Part shown: positions 17,966 to 25,153 of the stretch, in pieces
Layout of the letters: every line of letters begins with the position of its first letter
Position numbering within the stretch: the stretch's first letter is position 1
Assembly: GCF_001548275.1 (NCBI RefSeq)
Contig: NZ_AP014945.1
Span: 690,001 to 722,000, forward strand
Direction: 5' to 3'
Origin: Caldimicrobium thiodismutans
GTDB lineage: Bacteria > Desulfobacterota > Thermodesulfobacteria > Thermodesulfobacteriales > Thermodesulfobacteriaceae
Length of the DNA stretch: 32,000 nt
Notes under the pieces: generated by a model
Told to the model about the DNA's origin: nothing
The model's database searches: none
Seen by the model: the letters and a program-made list of their open reading frames with translations, nothing else
Translations under genes and position numbers: made by a program

Positions 17966-18586
17966 ATGCGTAAAGTTTCAGGAGGATTACTGGGAATAGT
18001 GCTTTTATGCTTTTTTCTTCCATGGATAACTGTTTCTTGTAACAATAATAAGATTTATAGTTTTTCTGGAATTAACTTAGTTATGGGAAAAAAGATACAG
18101 TCTCCTGACGATCTCTTTGGCCCATCTAAGAATTTAAACAAGAAAGAATCAGCTAAGGAAAAAATTGTCAGGGAATGGAAAGCGATAATAGCATTTTTAG
18201 CTGGAATTGCTGGAATTTTAACTTGTTTTTTAATTAAGGCAAATCGCGTGCAGGGAATACTCACAGCTGTCTTTGGATTTCTTGGAGGTATCTTTCTTTT
18301 TCTCTTAAAGAATAAATTTGATAGTGAAATGAATGAAATTATTACGAAAAGTGCAGGGATGATAAATGTTGAGTATCATTTTGGTTTCTGGGTATCACTG
18401 TTACTCTTTTTTGTAGTAGGTATTTTGAATCTCTTATCATTTACAAATGTATTTGACAGATTACTTCCTGGGAAAGTTTTTAATAACCTGCCTGCATCAC
18501 CTCGCTGCAGTAAGTGTGGAGCAGAGGTTTCACCTGATGACAAAGTCTGCAGTAAATGTGGACATTCCTTGAAAGAAGAGACTTAA
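17966..18586 (+). CDS. membrane protein (about 4 TM) with a C-terminal zinc ribbon
   Basis: SD taggagg. TM segments, then CSKCGAEVSPDDKVCSKCG (CxxC-x10-CxxC) at the extreme C-terminus. Confidence 0.6.
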   Translation: MRKVSGGLLGIVLLCFFLPWITVSCNNNKIYSFSGINLVMGKKIQSPDDLFGPSKNLNKKESAKEKIVREWKAIIAFLAGIAGILTCFLIKANRVQGILTAVFGFLGGIFLFLLKNKFDSEMNEIITKSAGMINVEYHFGFWVSLLLFFVVGILNLLSFTNVFDRLLPGKVFNNLPASPRCSKCGAEVSPDDKVCSKCGHSLKEET

Positions 18587-18718
18587 ATGTTAGGTATGGT
18601 ATGTAGAGAAAAATTTTTTAAAAATATTAGGGCAATAGATTTAACGGTAAAGATCCATAAACTTGTGGATTAAGGGCTGTGTAATTGAAAGGTTTTAAAG
18701 AAAATAGGAGGTAGATGG

Positions 18719-20171
18719 ATGAGGCGAGGTAACTTTTTAGCCCTGATTTGGGCAGTTTTATTTTGCCTCTGGTTGGCTGGGTCTGCGATAGCTGCAACCT
18801 TTACCGTGAACACCACTGAAGATACTCCTGATGCAAGACCGGGAGATGGCACCTGTGCTGACAGTAGTGGCAGATGTTCTTTGCGTGCAGCGATAATGGA
18901 GGCAAATGCTCTGGGTGGCGGGCCCCATACTATTATCTTGCAGTCAGGACAAACTTATAATCTTTCCCTTGATCCAAATAAAGGAGATGAAGCCTGGGGT
19001 TCAGAGGATGATCTTGATATAGTTGCCGTTATAACTATCCAGGGAAATGGGGCAACAGTGCAGAGAAATCCTGTTTTCAATTGCACAGACTATGGCAATA
19101 TAGGAGCATTTCGCATCTTTGAAGTGATGAGTGGAGGCGAGCTTACAATTAAAAATTTAACGATAAAAAATGGCTGTGATAAAGATGGAGGCGGAATTAA
19201 GAATGCCGGAAAACTTAGCATCATCAGCTCTACGATCACGGGAAATAGTGCAAGCTACGACGGAGGCGGAATCTACAACTCTGGAACACTCACCATAACA
19301 GGTTCAACTATATCAGGAAATAGGGCGTTCTACTACGGAGGCGGAATCTATAACTCTGGAACAATCACCATTACAAGCTCAACCATATCTGGAAATAGTG
19401 CATACGGCTCCGTTCCCCCCGAAGGAGGCGGAATCTATAACACCAGAACTGGAACACTCACCATCACAAGCTCCATTATAACAGGAAATAGTGCAGGTAA
19501 AAACGGAGGCGGAATCTATAACTCTGGAACATTCACCATCACCAACTCCACTATATCAGGAAATAGTGCAGACTGGCGTGGAGGCGGAATCAGTAACTCT
19601 GGAACACTCACTATCACAAGCTCCACTATATCAGGAAATAATGCAGGATTTTTGGGCGGCGGAATCTATAACGATTATGGAACACTCACCATCACCAATA
19701 TCACTTTATCATGAAATAATGCCAAAAAAAAGTGGAGGAGGAATCTATAGCCGTTATGGAACTTTAAATGCAACTTTTATCACTGTTGCCAAAAATAATG
19801 CTCCAGAAGTTAGTGGTATTTACAGCATCGCATCAAGTGATAGAGTTAAAATCAAAAACTCTATAATTGTAGATAATACAGGAGGATCAAATTGTTATGG
19901 CGGTATCACTGCCTTAGGAGTTAACTTTGCTGGAGACACTTCTTGCGGTTCTGGCTTTAGATTAGCCTCTCCCTATCACCTAAAACTTCAACCCCTTGCC
20001 AACAACGGTGGCCCCACTCAGACCCATGCCCTTGACTCTGGAAGTGTTGCCATTGATGCAGTTACCGACTGCACAGACCTGAATGGCAAACCAGTTACCA
20101 CCGACCAGAGGGGAGCTCCAAGACCCCAGGGAACAAGCTGCGATGCCGGAGCTTTTGAATTCGGAAAATAG
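18719..20171 (+). pseudogene. parallel beta-helix surface/secreted protein (Pmp-repeat / choice-of-anchor-Q-like), disrupted
   Basis: Signal peptide (GSAIA-AT), then CSLRAAIMEANA, then eight GGGIYN..G.LTIT.STISGNSA turns. C-terminus: NNGGPTQTHAL ... TDQRGAPRPQGTSCDAGAFEF. The reading frame is broken by TGA at 19712-19714 (where the repeat consensus has GGA) and by an A8 run at 19724-19731 that needs A7 to join the downstream frame. Confidence 0.7.
19187..19803 (+). repeat. tandem 69-84-bp coding repeats (beta-helix turns), highly similar at the DNA level
   Basis: Recurring ggaggcggaatctataactctggaaca(c/t)tcaccatcac(a/c)a(g/a)ctccactatatcaggaaata(g/a)tgca. This also creates the spurious alternate-frame ORF starting at 19491. 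Confidence 0.85.
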
Positions 20172-20297
20172 ATATAATATACCTTGTTAATTTCCTCTAT
20201 GAGGGAACACTCTTTTGTCCAGATAAAGAGGTTACGAGGGCAGAAATGGCCATCTTCTTATATAGAGCCTTTGGAGGCGGAAGATAATTTCTAATAT

Positions 20298-20452
20298 GGG
20301 GCAGACACTCAGGTCTGCCCCACATCTTGATACACATAACAGGGAAACACAGAGGTTTCCCCCTACAAAACAAAGGGTCAAAAGGTATTATCCAGCTTTT
20401 AGGGGTTTAAATTTTAAAGCCTTATAAGGGTTCAAGATTTTGAATCTCTACA
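20298..20452 (+). repeat. REP-like hairpin cluster C
   Basis: GGGGCAGAC-actcag-GTCTGCCCC (20298-20321). cacataacaGGGAAACacagagGTTTCCCcCTACaaaa (20333-20370). aGGGGTTTAAATTTTAAAGCC (20401-20421). GTTCAAGATTTTGAAtctCTACa (20430-20452). The last three modules recur at 28158-28261. Confidence 0.75.
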
Positions 20453-20584
20453 AATTATAAATAGATTAAAGAGGGATCATGTCCTTTATTCTTTTAATTG
20501 ATTTTTTTAAAATTAGCAAAGGGAAATATGAATCTTGTTTTTTTTCATTTTTCGTTTAAGTTTAAGAATTAAGGGGGAATTTTT

Positions 20585-21565
20585 ATGCAAAGGGCTAAAA
20601 AAAGTGTCATATCCAAAGTAGCCTTAAAGGAAATGTTAATTCGGGATCTCCCTGAACTTTTGAAGGAAGATCCCCTTCTTAGGGATTATGTAGCAAGTCT
20701 TTTCAAAGAAAATTTTGCAGAAAAAAGAACCACTGAAGAAGAGATCAAAGCCCTTTTAGAGGAAATTAAGAACCTAAGAATTGAAAGTGAAAAAAGATGG
20801 GAAGAACATTCAAAGAGGTTTGAGGAGCAAACTCAGATTCTGAAAGAGCATTCAAAGAGGCTTGAGGAGCATTCAAAGAGGATTGAAGAGCAAACTCAGA
20901 TTCTGAAAGAACATTCAAAGAGGCTTGAGGAGCAAACTCAGATTCTGAAAGAGCATTCAAAGAGGCTTGAGGAACATTCTCAGATTTTGAAAGAACATTC
21001 AAAGAAGCTTGAGGAACATTCTCAGATTTTGAAAGAACATTCAAAGAGGCTTGAGGAACATTCTCAGATTTTGAAAGAACATTCAAAGAAGCTTGAAGAA
21101 CTCTCTCAAGGCAATAAAATCCTGATGGAAGAAATCCTTGCCTTAAGAAAGAGACAGGATGTGCAGATTGGTGCCCTCGGGGCAAGATGGGGAATTAAAT
21201 CAGAGAAAACCTTTCGCAATGCAGTAAAAGGGCTTCTTGAGGAAACCTTTGGGGTTAAGGTAGAACATTATGAAACAACTGATTTAGAAGGTGAGGTCTT
21301 TGAAGGTTTTCCTGGAAAAAGGGTTGAAATTGACCTTATTATTAGAGATGGTGAGCTTATTGTAGCTGAGATTAAATCTTCCGTTAGTCCTGCTGATGTC
21401 TTGCTTTTTGAGAGAAAGGTAAAGTTTTTTGAGAAAAAAGAAGGGAGAAAAGTCACAAGAAAGATAATAATTTCACCTATGATTGATGATGAGGCAAAGA
21501 ACTTTTGCAAAAGTCTTGAGATAACCTTTTACACTGATGTCCCTGATAAAGAAGAAGGATTATAA
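20585..21565 (+). CDS. coiled-coil protein with a C-terminal PD-(D/E)XK-type nuclease-fold domain (DUF3782-like family)
   Basis: SD aaggggg. Central heptad array (EHSKRLE/EQTQILK). The C-terminal GKRVEIDLIIRDGELIVAEIKSS gives a D...E.K motif. This architecture is common among hypothetical proteins of thermophiles. Confidence 0.6.
   Translation: MQRAKKSVISKVALKEMLIRDLPELLKEDPLLRDYVASLFKENFAEKRTTEEEIKALLEEIKNLRIESEKRWEEHSKRFEEQTQILKEHSKRLEEHSKRIEEQTQILKEHSKRLEEQTQILKEHSKRLEEHSQILKEHSKKLEEHSQILKEHSKRLEEHSQILKEHSKKLEELSQGNKILMEEILALRKRQDVQIGALGARWGIKSEKTFRNAVKGLLEETFGVKVEHYETTDLEGEVFEGFPGKRVEIDLIIRDGELIVAEIKSSVSPADVLLFERKVKFFEKKEGRKVTRKIIISPMIDDEAKNFCKSLEITFYTDVPDKEEGL
20804..21118 (+). repeat. 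in-frame tandem repeat, 21-bp heptad / 42-bp unit, about 7.5 units
   Basis: Units at 20804, 20867, 20909, 20951, 20993, 21035 and 21077, with an extra half unit at 20846. Two sequence subtypes occur (caaactcagattctgaaa and cattctcagattttgaaa). Confidence 0.9.
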
Positions 21566-21818
21566 GAGAAGCAAAAAATTTACAAGTTTTAGTTGAAAAG
21601 TATAGAATTCCTTTGTCAGATTTATCAGATTGTTTTGGAACAAGTGGTCTTTTAAATACTACTAACAATTTAGCAGAAATTTTTGCAGATGGATCTGTAT
21701 AACTACTTGGATAGGTTTTGATCCTTCCAAGAAAAAATAAGAGAAGTAAGAGGTAAGAGTAGGGGAAGCCCTTTTGTGTTTGCCAAATCTTAGTCAATCT
21801 GTCCAATAATTTAAAGGA

Positions 21819-22090
21819 ACATATAACAGGCAAACGCCACAAAGGGGAAAACACATAGGTTTGCTTTTACTAAAAAAGCCAATTTAAAAAGAGGCAAATC
21901 TTAAGTCTCAAAGGATAGAGACGCATACAGTAACATAGGCAATCTTGCCTGTGGAGGTAAATTACACTCCAATGTATGAAAGAAACACAGACAAGAATGT
22001 CTGTGCTACAACAGACCCACAAAAAAATTCAAGGGGTATAAAATTTTAAACCCCTACTATTTAAGTCTCAAAATACCTGGACACATACAT
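21819..22090 (+). repeat. REP/REPIN-like mosaic cluster B (includes copy B of the 160-bp element, 21929-22090)
   Basis: A 30-bp module TTAAGTCTCAAA..a...gACrCATACA occurs twice in direct orientation (21901-21930 and 22061-22090). It flanks GTAA-CATAGGCAATCTTGCCTGTG ... CACAGACAAGAATGTCTGTG-CTAC ... GGGGTATAAAATTTTAAACCCC-TAC. Confidence 0.85.
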
Positions 22091-22094
22091 GTTC

Positions 22095-22123
22095 TTGACA
22101 AGTTTAAAATGAATATTTATAAT
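22095..22123 (+). promoter_or_regulatory. consensus sigma70-type promoter of the NurA-HerA-DUF4338 operon
   Basis: TTGACA (22095-22100), exactly 17 nt, then TATAAT (22118-22123). It starts 4 nt after the repeat element and lies ~68 nt upstream of ATG 22191. Confidence 0.6.
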
Positions 22124-22190
22124 ATAAAAATAAAGTCTATGAATTGTAGAGATATGAAAACTTATAAAATTTTGATTGAATCGTAGATGT

Positions 22191-23342
22191 ATGGAGAAAG
22201 TGGATCAAATTTCCTTAGCTGAATTACCTGAGGCTCTTGTTGAAGAGATGCTCTTAAAAAGTGAAGCTATTGGAAATGTGCTTTACAATTCTTTGAGGGA
22301 AATCCAGGAGAAAAAAACTGAAATACGGAAACAATTGCAAGAAGGGAATATCTTGAAACGGGATTCAGAAGTTGGTTATCCGGGGATACCTACAACTTGT
22401 GGTGTAGATGGTTCTTATGCAGTGGATAGACTTCTATCAACTGATCTTGCTGCTTGTGCGGCAGTTGCAATTGAAGGATTAACACCACCTTCTGAAAAAA
22501 GATTCTGGGAAAAACCTCACCACAGAGTCTTTATTCATCCAGAGAAGCACGATCCAGACACAGCCACAGTGCTCAGAGGATTAATGATGGAAATGGAACT
22601 TGAGCTTGCAGTAAAAGCTCCTCATGATATAGTTTTTTTAGACGGTTCTCTTACAACACCTTTGATATATATGAATCAGGCAATAAATAAAGTATTAGAA
22701 TGGGAAAATGAAGGAGTTATTACAGAAATAGGTAAAGAGTTAAAGAATAGATTTCGGCAGTTTCTTACTGATTATAAAACCATTTTAGAATCCGCAAGAA
22801 CCGACAAATTATGGGTAAGTTTACCTAAATATACTACAAAAAGAGAATTAGGTAAAATGTTTAATTGGCCGGCTAATTATGATGACCGAGCTATCTTGAC
22901 ATACATTTTATCTCCCGGTGAATTTACTTCTCCAATTCCTTTAGAAAAACCTTTACAACCATGGCATTTAAAAATTCCTTTTAATGACAAAGAGCTTGAA
23001 AAATTAAGAGACGAAATTATTTCAGCAATGAATAATATTTATGTTATGTATTACAGATCTCATAATTGGAAACCAGTTTTCAGGATTGAGATGGCATCTT
23101 TTATTGCCAATGATATTTCTCGTATAGCGATCTTGCTTCAGGGCCTCAAGTATCAAACTGGAACACCCGGAATAATAGAACCCTATCCTCTTTATATAGC
23201 AGACAGAATGGTAAAACATCTTAGTAAGGCTGTATCTGCTTCAAGACAGACAACTACCAGAAGAATGATGGAATTACACAATGGGGATATTGGAGAGATT
23301 TTATTTGGCATGCACAATTATAGAACCGAAAGCGGGAGATGA
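22191..23342 (+). CDS. NurA-domain nuclease
   Basis: NurA-type acidic motifs TCGVDGSY and IVFLDGSLTTP, and a ~380-aa size. Its stop overlaps the herA-like start (ATGA). The track starts at TTG 22176; I prefer ATG 22191, although its SD is weak. Confidence 0.7.
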   Translation: MEKVDQISLAELPEALVEEMLLKSEAIGNVLYNSLREIQEKKTEIRKQLQEGNILKRDSEVGYPGIPTTCGVDGSYAVDRLLSTDLAACAAVAIEGLTPPSEKRFWEKPHHRVFIHPEKHDPDTATVLRGLMMEMELELAVKAPHDIVFLDGSLTTPLIYMNQAINKVLEWENEGVITEIGKELKNRFRQFLTDYKTILESARTDKLWVSLPKYTTKRELGKMFNWPANYDDRAILTYILSPGEFTSPIPLEKPLQPWHLKIPFNDKELEKLRDEIISAMNNIYVMYYRSHNWKPVFRIEMASFIANDISRIAILLQGLKYQTGTPGIIEPYPLYIADRMVKHLSKAVSASRQTTTRRMMELHNGDIGEILFGMHNYRTESGR

Positions 23343-25117
23343 ATATGAGTAATCAAAGAATAAATATAGAACAATTAATCAGCACCTCTGAGAAAATTGG
23401 AACAATAGGTTCTCCCTCTTCTACCAGTGAACTTTCCTTAGATATTCTTGGCACTGCTGTTGGGAAAAAATTAGTAGGTGAGCTTGCATTTTTTAGATTT
23501 TTTCAAGATGGGAAGCCACATTATGCATTGGGACAAATTACAGAAGTTCAACTACGGAATATCTGGCTTGAAGATCCTACAATGAGATCTCTTGCAAGAC
23601 AGAGGGGTCAGGTCAATCCTGTTAGTGGACAACAAGATACCCACCTTGGAAATATGACAGTAAGTGCGGTATTCAGTGACAATGGAAATAGATTTGAACC
23701 GAGTATTTTAGGAACTGTTCCAGCTACAGGGACTTTTATCTATTTAGCAACTGACGATATTTTAGATAGGTTGTTAGAACAATATAGAAAAGAGATATTT
23801 TATTTGGGTCATGTTTATGGTTCAAAACCAAAGCTTCCACTCTGGTTCAAGCATTTTGGGACAGGAGCACACGGAGCTGGCGAGGCTTATCACATAGGGA
23901 TTTTTGGTAAAACTGGTTCTGGTAAGTCTGTTTTGGCTAAGATGATTCTCCTTGCTTACGCAAGATATTCTGATATGGCTATATTTATTATAGACCCACA
24001 GGGTGAATTTTCAAAAGACGCCCGAGGAGAAATGAGAACAGAAGGATTCTCCTTAAATTTATCCAAGGCTCTTTCACATTTGAATAAGAATGTAATTATT
24101 AAAAGTGTCAAAAATTTAGTTTTGGATAGATGGCTGCTTTTTAGTGAAATTCTTTATGAATCACTATTCTTTGAACGTCTATCAATTCCAGAGGGAGAAA
24201 ATCGAAGAATAGCCTCCGAAGTTTTAGCAGAAAAATTACAGGAGAAAAGAGTTAGATTAGAGGATTTACATAAACCTGAATCTTTTAACTATGCCTGGGA
24301 AACTCTCGGTGATAGCAATGTTCAAATGCTATTCTACAGGAGCCAGGAATCTCGCAATAGATTCAACACAGTTTATAAAAAAGCAAATAGAGATGAATTT
24401 TATAAAAATTTCTGGTTACCAGTAACTGAATTATTCAAAAAGGACCGTCCTAATGCTGTTAGTGTAGATGAGTTAATAAAAGAAACTTTCAAGATGCAAG
24501 AAGTAAATCTTTTTGGTATTCAAAGACCAGTAGTAATTGTAGATTTGTCAAAAGAGATGGCTACCGGCCTTTTTTGGAGTGATACGATCCAGGCATTGGT
24601 GATAAAGAGATTATTAGATGGGTTAACATATTTAGCCGAAAGGGCTTACCAAGAAAATAGATTTTTAAATACACTTGTGATATTAGATGAGGCCCATAGA
24701 TTAGCCCCAAGGGAAAAAATTGAAAATGAAAAACAAGATTCAGTAAGACTTTCACTTCTTGACGCAGTAAGAACTACAAGAAAATATAGACTTGGATGGA
24801 TGTTTATAAGTCAGACTTTATCAAGTTTACATAAAGAGATTATTAGTCAATTAAGAATCTTCTTTTTTGGTTTTGGTCTGTCTCTGGGTTCTGAATTTAT
24901 GTCCTTAAAGGAAATTGTTGGTGGTGACCCTAATGCCCTTAAACTCTATCAATCCTTTCGTGACCCGCACTGTGCCTTTGACTTAGCCTCAAGACAATAT
25001 TCTTTTATGACTATTGGTCCTGTCTCACCTCTCTCTTTCGCAGGAACACCTTTATTTTTCACAGCTTTTAACACACCAGAGGAATTTCTAAAGGCAAATA
25101 ACTTAAGATATGAATGA
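23339..25117 (+). CDS. HerA-like (FtsK/HerA superfamily, DUF87) hexameric ATPase
   Basis: N-terminal barrel-like region (IGTIGSPSSTSELSLDILG ... ALGQITEV). Walker A: IFGKTGSGKSVLAK. Walker B: TLVILDEAHRLAP. A C-terminal FISQTLSSL follows. The 592-aa length is typical of HerA. Confidence 0.8.
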   Translation: MNMSNQRINIEQLISTSEKIGTIGSPSSTSELSLDILGTAVGKKLVGELAFFRFFQDGKPHYALGQITEVQLRNIWLEDPTMRSLARQRGQVNPVSGQQDTHLGNMTVSAVFSDNGNRFEPSILGTVPATGTFIYLATDDILDRLLEQYRKEIFYLGHVYGSKPKLPLWFKHFGTGAHGAGEAYHIGIFGKTGSGKSVLAKMILLAYARYSDMAIFIIDPQGEFSKDARGEMRTEGFSLNLSKALSHLNKNVIIKSVKNLVLDRWLLFSEILYESLFFERLSIPEGENRRIASEVLAEKLQEKRVRLEDLHKPESFNYAWETLGDSNVQMLFYRSQESRNRFNTVYKKANRDEFYKNFWLPVTELFKKDRPNAVSVDELIKETFKMQEVNLFGIQRPVVIVDLSKEMATGLFWSDTIQALVIKRLLDGLTYLAERAYQENRFLNTLVILDEAHRLAPREKIENEKQDSVRLSLLDAVRTTRKYRLGWMFISQTLSSLHKEIISQLRIFFFGFGLSLGSEFMSLKEIVGGDPNALKLYQSFRDPHCAFDLASRQYSFMTIGPVSPLSFAGTPLFFTAFNTPEEFLKANNLRYE

Positions 25118-25153
25118 AAAGTCTTTCTATTAGTAGTTAACAATCCTGAAAAA

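Noticed and set aside
11393-18718. Classical mobile-element boundaries for the AT-rich island (integrase, transposase, tRNA target, flanking direct repeats)
   Set aside because: I found none by eye at either edge. The island call therefore rests only on composition and gene content.
19491-19714. Upstream part of the 226-aa ORF 19491-20171, which overlaps the beta-helix ORF in another frame
   Set aside because: It translates to repetitive low-complexity text (SITLEHSPSP...) produced by the DNA tandem repeats read out of frame. Only the part after ~19731 matches the beta-helix protein.
19712-19714. In-frame TGA as a possible selenocysteine codon
   Set aside because: It replaces a structural Gly of the SGN turn rather than a redox Cys position. 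It is followed 10 nt later by a frameshift, and I saw no hairpin of SECIS type immediately downstream. A pseudogene or sequencing error is the simpler explanation.
20298-20452. Hairpin clusters (also at 28158-28333) as degenerate CRISPR arrays
   Set aside because: The modules differ from one another, are not regularly spaced with unique spacers, and occur once each per cluster. No cas genes are present. A REP/BIME-like interpretation fits better.
20766-21185. 139-aa minus-strand ORF antisense to the heptad repeat
   Set aside because: It is an artefact of the tandem repeat, which lacks stops on the opposite strand. It gives a repetitive translation (PQASLNVLSKSENV...) and has no SD.
21550-21702. 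Start-less frame reading RRRIIREAKNLQVLVEKYRIPLSDLSD...ADGSV. Its EAKN...I segment echoes the C-terminus (EAKNFCKSLEITFY) of the upstream gene, so it could be a relic of a second paralogue.
   Set aside because: It has no start codon and only a ~12-residue resemblance, which is too weak to call without a search. A tblastn against paralogues would settle it.
21477-21854. 125-aa minus-strand ORF
   Set aside because: It overlaps the 3-prime end of the PD-(D/E)XK gene and repeat cluster B. It is low-complexity and hydrophobic, with no SD and no recognisable motif.
22154-22186. 10-codon uORF (MKTYKILIES) between the consensus promoter and the NurA start
   Set aside because: It has no SD, is very short, and I cannot test its conservation. 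It is noted only because the NurA ATG itself has a weak SD.
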